Assembly: GCA_951406725.2 (NCBI GenBank)
Contig: OX597824.1
Location: 3,720,001-3,784,000 of the forward strand
Direction: 5' to 3'
Source: Octopus vulgaris
Taxonomy: Eukaryota
DNA length: 64,000 nucleotides
Part shown: positions 34,397 through 46,300 of the stretch, one piece after another
How the letters are laid out: each line of letters begins with the position of its first letter
Numbering within the stretch: position 1 is the stretch's first letter
The notes under the pieces: model-generated
Told to the model about the DNA's origin: nothing
Database searches by the model: none
Seen by the model: only the letters and a program-made list of their open reading frames with translations
Translations under genes and position numbers: made by a program

Positions 34397-36880
34397 GGGG
34401 TCCTTACGATATGAGTTCAAATGCCTCTGATACTGATTTTGCCTTTCATCCAATTGGGGTTGATGAAATAAGTTGATGCAGTCAACCAGCCACGGCCCAT
34501 ATAATTTCAAGCCATGTGCCTATAATAGAAAGAATTATAATAATTACCAGGATAATAAATTGGCAGGGTTATTAGAGCTTTTGTATAACATGCTTTGCTT
34601 TTTGCCTTCTCACTGCAATCAATTTTTGCCTTTCATCTCTAATTAACTTTTAGTCTAATTAACTAACACTTTCTCTGAAACCACTGGTCTTGTGTTAAAA
34701 ACTATTATTACTGTTACTATATAATTGATTATAGCCCATATAGTTATAGTTACTATATAATTGATTATATAGCTGGCAGAACCATTAGCATGGCGGGCGA
34801 AATGCTAAGCGGTATTACGTCTGCCGTTACGTTCTGAGTTCAAATTCCGCTGAGGTCGACTTTGCCTTTCATCCTTTTGGGGTCGATAAATTAAGTACCA
34901 GTTACGCACTGGGGTTGATGTAATCGACTTAATCCGTTTGTCTGTCCTTGTTTGTCCCCTCTGTGTTTAGCCCCTTGTGGGTAGTAAAGAAATAGATATG
35001 ATTATAGCCCACTTCAGGACTTAAGGTCAGTTTTACCTTTTGTCCTTCTAGGGTCCATAAAATAAAGTACCTGTCAAATATCAGGCTCAGTGAAATTGAA
35101 TAATTTCCTTCCCATCAGAATTGCTGGCTTTGTGCCTAAATTAGAAATAACTGTTATTACTAACTTTACCTTTCATTCTACAAGCGTTGATGAAATAAGG
35201 ACCAGCTACTTACGTGTGTAACACTAACATCTCTATACTCTCGTTACCTCTTGAAAAATGCTTTGGCTTTGTTAGTAATCATTATCATTGTTAGCATATT
35301 GAACAAAATGCTTAGCAGCATTTCTTCTGAACATTCTGAGTTCAAATCCTGCTGAGATTAACATTGCCTTTCGTCCTTTCAGGACATTGATAAAATAAAG
35401 TACCAGTTGAGTACTGGGGCTGACCTAATCAAATAGCCTCGTCCTCCAAATTTCAGGTCATCAGAAATAATAATTATTATTATTGCTGTATGTGAGAGGG
35501 GTGAGAGAGCTTGGATTCAGGTTGAGTCTTGTTTTGGTTCTGCTATTTATCATTCAAAAGGTCTGGTTTGTTGATGAAATCCCATCATCATCATCATCAT
35601 CGTTTAACGTCCGCTTTCCATGCTGGCATGGGTTGGACGATTTGACTGAGGTCTGGCGAACCAGACTCCAATCTGATCTGGCAGAGTTTCTACAGCTGGA
35701 TGCCCTTCCTAACGCCAACTACGAGAGTGTAGTTAAAAATGATAAAACAAAGAAAAACATTTATTGCATGGTGTTTCTTATTGTTGTTTTAACCTAATTT
35801 CAAGTCACCCGCATCTGGCCATTTTGAACAAATACATCGAAGGTCATTTTTTCTAGCAAGTGTGAACAAACATTTTTCAAGATCCCTTCCCCCGTCTGCT
35901 CTGTTTGAATGTTTAAAAGTAAATTTGATTACACTACCATATTAAATATTTCAGTACAATTTATTCATTATTGTCAACGTGGTGAATTACGAAAATTCGT
36001 TGTGTTGGACTCAATACCTTGTATTTATTTATTACATCCCTTTACATTCATTGTAGTAGTAGTAGTAGTAGTATTAAGGTGGTGAGCTTGCAGAATCATA
36101 AGCGTGCTGGATGCAAATGCACAGTAGTGTTTTACCCGTCACTGCATTCTGAGTTCAAATTCCGGTGAGGTTGACTTTGCCTTTCATCATTGCAGGGTTG
36201 ATAAATTAAGTACCAGTCGTGTACTGGGGTCAATGTAATCAACTTAACACCCTCCCCTGAATTTTCAGGCCTTGTGACAAACTTTATGCTATTTCTTCTG
36301 ATTCATTATCAAATTCTACTTTTTAATCAATAAAGTACCAATCAACAGAATTGACTAACCCTCTCCCCTTGAAACTGCTGGCCTTGTGCCAAAATTTGAA
36401 ACCATTATTTTAGACAGCATATTTGAAGTAGCGTTAGAGTATTGTAAAAATACCTTTGGTATTTCTTCCAGACCTTTTTAAGTCGTGAGTTCAAATACCA
36501 TTGCAATAGACTTTTCCTTTCACTCTCTTGGGGTTGATAAAAAAATATACTTGTTAAATACTGGAGCTAAGGCAATTTAAAACTATTGGCCTTGTGTCAA
36601 AATTTGAGACAATTTTATTATTAATGAGGGTGAGCTGGCAGGAGTGTTAGGGTCAGATAAAATGCCTATGTTTGAAGGCCACAGCAGTAACAATAAGCAT
36701 TTCTAGTGCCCATTTTAGAAATGCTTATTTTTATTGCTGTGGCCTTCAAATTTCAATGAGGTCAACTTTACCTTTCATCCTTTCAGAGTTGATAAAATAA
36801 GTACAATTAGGGTACTAGGTTCGATGTAATCGACTAGATCCCCACTCCACTCCCAAATTTCAGGACTTGTGCCTATAGGA
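33060..36880 (+). repeat. Dense array of mostly head-to-tail family-B-related SINE copies
   Basis: Roughly 15 recurrences by eye of gagttcaaat...ctttgcctttcat...ataaaataagtaccag...ggccttgtgcc, separated by (ATT)n/(AGT)n; one inverted copy at 33437-33578. Confidence 0.85.
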
Positions 36881-37640
36881 AAAACAAAGAATTATTACTG
36901 TTGTGCATGTGCTAGTAGGGTGCCAAGAGCACCATCCGAGCATGATTGTTGCCAGTGCAGCCAACTGGCTTCCATACCCATGGCACGTAAAAGGGCACCA
37001 TTCAAGTGTGATCGTTACCAACGTCGCATCACTGGCACCTGTGTAAAAAAATTTGAGCGAGGTCATTGCCAGTACTGCCTGACTGGCCCCCATGCTGGTG
37101 GCATGTAAAAAGCACCCACTACACTCTCAGAGTGGTTGGCGTTAGGAAGGGCATCCAGCTGTAGAAACTCTGCCAGATCAAGACTGGAGCCTGGTGCAGC
37201 CATCTGGTTCGCCAGCACTCAGTCAAATCATCCAACCCATGCTAGCATGGAAAGCGGACGTTAAACAATGATGATGATGTAGCTTGTTTTTCAGTGATGT
37301 CCCTTTATTTACTGCTGCAGCTGCTTCTCTGGAATTTTGCTTCGGCTGATCCACAAATTTATCAATGATTTTAGCTTATCTTTTCTGCCATTTACTTTAT
37401 TTTTCTAAGAGGCTGTTGGAGCTTTATTTCCTGGTTGTGATAATTTTGCTTTGCTATTTCAAACATTTCCGTGGGCTCAGTCCGAAAGTGAAAGGCAGTG
37501 AAGCATGATATGCCGTACGGACTCTGAAAATTGTTGAAGAGGAAATGGGGTGGAATAATCACAGGACTGGAGACATATAAGAAACTCCTTTGAGGAATTT
37601 TGTGTGTGTGTGCGCATGTGTACATGTATATATATGTATG

Positions 37641-37671
<31 letters not shown>

Positions 37672-37988
37672 ATGAGTGTGTGTATACATGTATACAAGCA
37701 TCTAGAGATACCTGGCAATTAACGAACGTAGTGGTTGTATATTATTCCTTCAAAGATGGTTTAGAATAATAAAAGACAAAACAAAAAAGAACTTTGATAG
37801 ATTTGTACTGGTGCTTACCTCATCTCATTTCCTATATATTACATTCTCACTGAGAGAATTTGTTATATTTTACAACATCAACATCCAATGTAAATATATT
37901 ACAATATATCATTTTTTTTTGTTTTTGTTTTTTTTTATATATATTTCACTGATAACTAAAGTTTCATATTTTTTCTTCATAATTTCTG

Positions 37989-37994
37989 AATAAA
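37989..37994 (+). terminator. Candidate distal polyadenylation signal for the ENTPD gene
   Basis: AATAAA after U-rich unique sequence with TGTA motifs and before GU/U-rich sequence; other AATAAA hexamers exist upstream, so this is weak. Confidence 0.25.
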
Positions 37995-38494
37995 ATCTGG
38001 TGAAATCAATATGAATTGTATGTGAATTTTGCTTTCTTTATATCATATATATGTATATGAGGAATTAAGATAAACCAAGTTTATATTTTTAGTTCATACA
38101 TTTCACAATTCTGGTTGTTTGGAATCCTGCAGTCAAAGTTCTTTTGGATGCTCAACCAAAGTGGTTAGGCATTAAGTTATACAGAACTAATGTGTTTGTG
38201 TGGGTAAGAAGCTTACTTGCCAGCCAAGTGCATTTGGATTCAGTCTCACTGTTGGTATTATACAAGTGAGACAGAGACAGGCAGAAACAAGGAAAATGCC
38301 ACTTGTATTTGAACACTATACAAATATTCTTTTAAAAAAACTTTTCTTTTAATTTTTCTGAAGTTAATGTTGCAGATTAAAAGGTTACATGCATCACAGA
38401 ACTCCAGCAGCCTGGTTCCCTCATCATTTCTGGTGCCAATTCCATGGCCACCATGTACCCCAGCGATATCAGAAATCAGAACCAAAATCGAAGT

Positions 38495-38970
38495 CGATCA
38501 ACATCAATGGAAATTGCAGCTGTGATACCAGTGCTGGTGACACGTAAGCGAACCATCCAATTGTGGTCGTTGCCAGCGCCGCCCTGACTGGCCTCTGTGC
38601 CGGTGGCACATAAAAAGCACCATCCAATCATGGCCGTTGCCAGCCTTGCCTGGCCCCTGAGCCGGTGGCACGTAAAAAGTACCACCCGACCATGGCCGTT
38701 GCCAGCACCGTCCCGACTGGCCTCTGTGCCGGTGGCACGTAAAAAGCACCATCTGTCCATGGCCGTTTGCCAGCCCCGTCTGGCACCTTTGCGGGTGGCA
38801 CGTAAAAAGCACCCACTACACTCACGGAGTGGTTGGCGTTAGGAAGGGCATCCAGTCATAGAAACACTGCAAGATCAGACTGGGCCTGGCACAGCCTTCT
38901 GGCTTCCCAGACCCCAGTTGAACCGTCCAACCCATGCTAGCATGGAAAGCGGACACTAAATGATGATGAT
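38495..38970 (+). mobile_element. RTE 3'-UTR fragment with five tandem hairpin units and (TGA)n tail
   Basis: Five gtgccggtggcacgtaaaaagcacc-type units spaced about 62-67 bp, then gttaggaagggcatccag...ggacactaaatgatgatgat. Confidence 0.82.
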
Positions 38971-38988
38971 ATATATATATATATACAC

Positions 38989-39037
<49 letters not shown>

Positions 39038-39039
39038 TG

Positions 39040-39074
<35 letters not shown>

Positions 39075-39113
39075 ATATGTATATATATGTATATATATAT
39101 ACACACATATATG

Positions 39114-39159
<46 letters not shown>

Positions 39160-39262
39160 TATATGTATATATATATATATATATACACACACATATGTAT
39201 ATATATATATATATACACACATATATGTATATATATATACACACACATATATATATATATAT
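38970..39262. repeat. Compound (TA)n/(CA)n/TATG microsatellite
   Basis: Direct reading; source of the YIYI ORFs. Confidence 0.95.
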
Positions 39263-40059
39263 CTCCATGTATAATATCCGCATACATTCACGCACTTCCA
39301 TCCATGTATATACACACATACATTACATCTTATAAGTGTATATCTTGTTTTTGAGTACATAACAGTTATATTTAATATACTATTCTCCATAGATTGAGTT
39401 CCATATATTTAAAAGTTGTTTTTTTTTTTAAAGCAGTGGGGTGGGTGGGGGGATCTGTTTATGACAAATCCATTAGGTCTGCTATTAAGTAACTACAAGT
39501 TGGAATGAGTAAAAGGAATGAATTAAAAGGAAAGAAATAAATATAAGCAATAAAAGAGAGTTGTAGGAAGTAGCAAATTAACAATAAATGAATTAATTGG
39601 TATCCAGGTATAAATTTCTATAGGAATATCCTTTGTGTTCTGTTTTTAATCTATATTTGATATATTCCCTCTCACCTGTCATGATCTGACATATACAGGT
39701 GCTTACACTTAATCAAGTATTCACTCTAAATTTACAGTACCTATTATATATATATATATATTAAAATTAGTGTATGTTTTTATACACATAAGAGGTGACC
39801 TTTAACAGGACACCTTACATGCTAGAAAGGGCAGTTAAAGCCCAAACCATGAATAAGAGTAATTTCAATGGGAATGAAAAATAAAAACATTTCAATAGTT
39901 ACCCTTTTACTAGAGTTTCTGCATCAATCTGCAAATAAATTAATTTGCCATCCATGCTTCTTCAGGAAGGAAACTAAAATTAATGCATATTTTTGCAACA
40001 CTGAAGATATATGTGTTCCATCCATATACATTGAATTGTAAACACTGTTACAATCGGCA

Positions 40060-40102
<43 letters not shown>

Positions 40103-41149
40103 AACACATTCACACACTCACACCATCTTGAACTCCAGTCTCAAAAACCACAGAACCATGACAGACTAACCCAGAAAAAGAATCCTTTTGTTTCCCCAAA
40201 CTATTCGAAGTTAGATCATGTGACTGGTCCCTCCCAACCAAGATCCCACTCTATTTATAAAAATAGCAACGATCATTGTGAAACACACATACAAGGCAGT
40301 AGACGAAGGAAAAAGGTTGGTCATTCCCCTAAAATTCTTATAAAAAATTATAATTTTTGATGAACTTTTGACTAAGCAATACACACTTTCTGCTATCAAA
40401 TTCTGTCTACAAATTCTTTCTGTATATTTGCTTATAAACAAATATGATTTCTGATTAACTTATAAACAATTATGAACTTATTTTACTTGCCTAATTTGAA
40501 CACTTTTATGTAAACTGTTTAAACACAAAACCTCTCTTAACATTTTTCTTATCCTTGTCAAAGATTCTATTTCTTAACATTTTCTTATCATTGTCAAAGA
40601 CTCTGACACCGTATTTTAATACATCTTTGTTAACTAATTTTTAACACTGCAGAGGCTACACAAAGCCATCACTTTACTTTTGAAAATCCTTATTTAAAAA
40701 AAGTGAAACCATTCAAGTCAATAAACATTTTTAAAAGACATCTGCATCTTCAAAACCTCTTCCCTTTATATTTTCACTCATGTGGTACCGTCCAAATATA
40801 TTTTGTTATGTATGTATGTATGTATGAATGTGTGTAAGTATGTATTATGTATATGTGTGTGTATGTATGTATGTGTGTGTGTATGTATGTATGTGTTGTG
40901 TGTGTGTATGTATTTATGTATGAATGTATGTGTGTGTGTGTGTGTGTATCTACTACATATCAATACTTTCAACTTATGATTCTCTCCCTCTTACATATTT
41001 TCCAAATGTAACTAAACAATTAAACATGAATAATTGTGTATGTGCATATGATTGTGGGGTACATGCATATATATACATATGTGTGTATGTATACATACAT
41101 ATATCTGTATGTTAGTGAGAGTGTGTTGTGTGTGTGTGTGCCTATCTAT

Positions 41150-41670
41150 AGGGTACGACCACACTTGGAATTCGCATCATCAGTTTGGAATCCCTATCTT
41201 GCTCAGAACATTGACCTCCTGGAATCTGTTCAGAGACGTGCAACCAAACGCATACCCTCCATCAGACACCTACCATATTCTGAGCGCCTTGTTTCCCTGG
41301 GCATGGATTCACTGAAGCTCCGGCGTCTGGCGACGGACTTGGTAAACGCCCACAAAGTTGTCAACCACCTCACCAATAACAACACTGAACACCTTTTTGA
41401 TCTCCATGTGTCTAACACACGTGGACAAGCCTACAAAGTCAGAAAACAACACAGCTCCCATGACTTTCGGAAACATTTCTTCACGCTCAGAGTTGCTGAA
41501 GCATGGAATAAACTGCCTGCGTCAGTTGTTGACTGCCATGACACTGCATCCTTTAAGGCCCTCATGCTTTCCGAAATCCGCCGAAACTACACCTGATTAT
41601 ATATGCACTTTAGATGAGTTGTAGTGCACCTGAGCACTGTACACAATGTTTATTATTATTATTATTATTT
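41150..41670 (+). mobile_element. CR1-group LINE 3' fragment with (TTA)n tail
   Basis: VRPHLEFASSVWNPY...LESVQRRATK...YSERL...FFTLRVAEAWNKLP. Confidence 0.92.
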
Positions 41671-41953
41671 TTTTATATATATATATACACAAATATGCAT
41701 TCTCATATTTCATTTCCACAAAAATTAACCCCTCAACTCCTAACAATTTTTACACACACTAAATAATATACTTTCTTCTTCCTTACACTTCTAGACATAT
41801 ATGCACACGTGTTGAATTCATGATTTAATTTAAATGTTAATATGCACAAATACATTCATAAACGTACACATATGTGATTTGTAACTAAGTATATATGTAT
41901 GTAAAAATAGACACATACTTATCCGTGTGTGAGCGTAGATCTGTATGTGTATA

Positions 41954-42503
41954 TCATCATCATCGTTTAATGTCCGTTTTCCATGCTGGCATGGGTTGGA
42001 TGATTCGACCAGGGTCTGGGAAGCCAGGAGGCTGCACCAGGCTTCAGTCTGATCTGGCAGTGTTTCTACAGCTGGATGCCCTTCCTAACGCCAACCACTC
42101 AGAGTGTAGTGGGTGATTTTTATGTGCCATTGCATAGGGGCCAGGGGAGGCTGGCAATGGCTATGATCAGTTGGTGCTTTTTACATGCCACCGGCACAGA
42201 AGCCAGTCAAGGTGGCGCTGGCATCGGCCACGTTTGGATGGTGCTTTTTACATGCCACCAGCACGGGTATCACAACTACAATTTCCAGTTGATTTTTATT
42301 TTGATGTTGATGTACTTGACTCAATAGGTCTCCTCAAGCACAGCAGGTCGCCCCATGATCCAAGGTAGGCACAGCAGGCTGTCCTGCGATCCCAGGTCTT
42401 TTGGATGGTCTGGGGCTGCTATGTGAAGCTGGTGCTGGAAACAGCCTTGAACTCTCGTTATTTGTCGGGTCTTCGCAGTCACAGCATATCTCCAGAGGTC
42501 TCG
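41954..42503 (-). mobile_element. RTE LINE 3' end (last codons plus complete 3' UTR)
   Basis: RDLWRYAVTAKTRQ runs directly into the 3' UTR and (GAT)n tail; colinear with 627-1040. Confidence 0.85.
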
Positions 42504-42899
42504 ATATATACAAATATATGTGTGAGATGCGAGGGCATGAGCACGCACTCATAATTGGACAGGTATGCATGCGCATATGCATTTATGTAAGTGCATACAT
42601 ATATTGTTGCATGTGTATGTGCATATGTGTATGTATGCATGTGTATGTGTATATGTGTGTGTGTGAAGTGGCTGTGGGGTAAGTAGCTTGCTTACCAACC
42701 ACATGGTTCCAAGTTCAGTCCCACTGCATGGCACCTTGGACAAGTGTCTTCTATAGCCTCGGGCCGAGCAATGCCTGGGGTCGACTTGCTCGACTAAAGG
42801 CGGTGTTCCAGCATGGCAGCAGTCAAATGACTGAAACAGGTAGAAAAATAAAAGAATTCACACACACACAATGTGTATATATATATAACAAAGTGAAGT

Positions 42900-43200
42900 T
42901 GTAAGGTACCGCACGAATGGAAATATATATGAAAGAAGGTTTGAAAATGCAATTTCAAAGATGTTTATTCACTTGACCGGTTTCACCTTTTAGAAAAAGA
43001 TTGTCAAAAGTAAAATGTAAAAGCTTTGTTGTGTTTAATGCTTGTTGTCACAAAATATTACAATACATATATACATTCTTTGATAATAATAAGAAAATGT
43101 TAAAAACAGTTTACAAGGAAAAAACCTTGAGAGAATATTAAAAAGTTTATTAAAAATATTAGGATTTCATTAAAAATCATGTTTGTTTGGAAGTATCTAT
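42900..43200 (-). mobile_element. Penelope-like terminal fragment with degenerate hammerhead (42971-43011)
   Basis: Minus strand actt-TTGACAA-tctttttctaaaaggt-GAAA-ccgg-TC-aagt; an older homologous copy lies on + at about 40640-40790. Confidence 0.55.
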
Positions 43201-43399
43201 ATATATATATTCACAGAAAATTATAAGTTCAAAAAGGTCATATTTGGTGGTATATATAATTTAAATTAACGATAGACAAAACATGTGCCTTCTCGCACAT
43301 AAACACATTATTCACACATATACAAACATACGCAGACGCAAATATTGAAGTACTAAATGGCACGTCAAATGATATCTAAACATGTAGAACATTTTACAT

Positions 43400-46300
43400 G
43401 CATATCAATATTCTAAAGTTGGACCTACTATTCCTTATCCTAAAGCTGCTTCAGACAACTAGGAAGGGTTCCCGACTCGTTTCACCGTCTGCTTTCAATC
43501 TTGGATTGTGATTCGGTTCAGCCCAGACTCTCTCAGATTCTGTCCGCTGTTGCCTACTCCTACAAGAATTGCAGCTGTTTTTGTTCCTGATTTAACTCAG
43601 ATTTGTCCTAGAGCCCATAGAAGATTGTTTTTGGTCAACCATCTATCATGTCAGCTACCTACAGATCGAAACTGAGATCTGCGAGAAGGGCTTCTCATCA
43701 GGATGATGGTCCTACCAACGGTCATCTCAACGAGTAGTTGCTGTTACTCAAACAAGAGGTCGAGCACCTAAAGTCTGTTGTTGCTCATTTACTGAATAAA
43801 CAGTCTCCTATTGACGCAGAGCCACCCTTGATTTCTTCCCTGGTGACGTCCAAACCGAAGGGAACAAAATCGAAGTGGCCAAGGAAGGCAAAGGAACCGG
43901 CGGTCGTTTTCGCACATGATCGTTCCTGTGCGGATTCTTCCTCATCTGCCTTTTCGGTCCCGGAGGTTCCCCAACCTAATTTGAGGAGCGTAGACTCAAA
44001 CCCACCTGAAGACCGTTGTTCTCCCCAAAAGAAGAAACGTAGTCAAAACTCCAGTGGGGCAGATTTAGCTATGAAACCTGATCACGATAAAATCTGTTTG
44101 GATTCTCCCTCACTTGTCCTTCCCATTTATGCCATTGCTCAACCAATTCTGAACGATCTTGATGTGAGTTCATCTGGGGAGTGGTGCTCCCCCAAACCGA
44201 AGAAGAGGCAGTGCAGTTCCAAACCAGGCGGGAAAGTTATGACTACTAAACCCATTCTGATCGACCCCACAGGCCGACATAAGTCTGATGGCTATGAAAC
44301 CACCCTTTCGAAATCATCCAACGAAGAATCGAATGCCGCAGCTCAAAGTAGAGAACAGAAAGACCATTTTGCCCACTCAAGATCAGCAATCATTTATGGT
44401 AAAGCTGAATCCACCTGTGATACAGGCATAAACCGCCTAAAAGAAGACATTAATTTTGTTTCCATTTTAGTTGGAGAATTGTTCTCTGTCAACGAAAATG
44501 TCAGTATCCATAAGGTCGCTCGGCTAGGAAGATTCCAAGCGAACTCAACCTCAGACACTAGACCACGCCCAATAAGAGTAATCTTTTCTTCCGATCAGGA
44601 GGCTTCAACCTTTCTGAACAGAGCTCAGACGCATGCCTGGGAGGACCCCAATATGGGTTTTCGCGAGGAATACTTACTGAGAGAGAGAATTCGCCGGAGA
44701 AACCTAATATCCGAACTGAAGATGAGAAAACAGATGGGAGAGAAGGGTTTACGCATCCAAGATGGACAAATAATCAAGTCCTACCTCTGGTCGCATGCTG
44801 TAGTGCTGACAGGGAAAGTGAATTGAGGGCGAATCGAAGTAAAGTAGATACCCCCGTCAACGATGCTATCTCTGATACCCCTTATTCTGCTTGTTCCCCA
44901 ACTCCCGTCCCTCAAACTTCACAGCTCAGCATTGTCTATACCAACTCGTGCTCCTTATTCCCAAAGTTCAGCGAACTATTTACACTGGCCATGCGTGACT
45001 CCCCTGATGTGATAGCTATCACAGAGACTTGGCTGACTCCAGCAGTAAAGGACTCAGAAATCCACCTACAGGGCTAAGCTCTCTTCAGATGTGAAAAAAA
45101 AGGCGGGGGTGGAGGTGTTGCTGTATGTGTTAAATCTGATCTCAAACCGTCCAGCGGTATTCTACCCACTAATGCTCAACCTACAACAAAATTCGATGCC
45201 GTCTATTGCAAGCTGAGCCTGTCCGGGTTTTGCCTGCCCGTGTTAGCTGTCTACAGGCCGCCTCTTGCCGACCCTAGGACGATGTTCATTTACTCGAAAC
45301 GATAAGATTCGTTTCAGCTTCTCATGACTGTTTGATATTAGGAGACTTCAACGCTCCCACAATCGATTGGCCCGCATCAATTTGTACATCATCTTCCCAG
45401 TTCGGCCAGGCCCTTCTTGACGTGGCTGAAGATTGTTTTCTATCGCAACATGTTGAATATCTGACAAGGCATCGATCTGGGCAGCAGCCATCTATGCTGC
45501 ATCTGGTATTCTCCCGCTATCCAAGATCAGTGTCAGACGTATCTGTGTGCGCCCCTCTTGCCAAGAGTGATCATGTGGTCCTGAAGTTCGTCATGCACAC
45601 AACTTTTTCTACGCCCACGACTACTTTGCTGCCATGTAGAGTCTTCTCTGCAATTAATCTTGAAATTCTAACCGAGGCTTCTGGACTGGCGATCCCTGAT
45701 GACGTTGTCCTCAGTTGACGAACTCAGTTGACTGACCAGGCAGTTCCCATTGGGCTTCCCAAGAAGAAGAAACACAAGCTCTGGGTGACGAAGGTTAAAC
45801 GAGAACTTCAACTCAGAGAATTGGGCTGAATTCAAAAATCTGGATTTGACTGCAGCTTTTGAGGTGTACAAAACTCAATGAGACCAAGCCGTGAAAAGGA
45901 AGAACGCTTCAGATATGAATACAAAATCGCGGCATACGCTAGTAGCAATCCAAAAACCTTCTTTGCCCATGTCCAACGGAATTCCCGCTTGAACAACCAA
46001 ATTGCAACGTTGGTAGACTTAACAGGCGTATCGATTGAGGACCCTTATCAACAGAGTCAATTATTTGCCGAGGCTTTTTCAACTATTTTCAAACAAGATG
46101 ATGGTCGTGAACCCCCTCCATTTGATAGATCGGTACCTCCAATGCTTCGATTGGTCATCACGCGGGACGAAGTCAAACGCGTTATTCAAGGCCTCGATGT
46201 CAACAAGGGTCACGGCCCTGACGGCATACACCCACGGGTTATCAAAGCGTTGGCTCCGGTCATCTGCGAGCCCTTAACATGTCTATTCAATATGTCATTG

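Noticed and set aside
38530-38815. CRISPR-like repeat/spacer appearance
   Set aside because: The intervening segments are homologous to each other, the context is a eukaryotic LINE 3' UTR, and no cas genes are present.
38822-39390. YIYI/CVCV-rich ORFs here and elsewhere
   Set aside because: Translations of (TA)n, (CA)n and (TG)n microsatellites.
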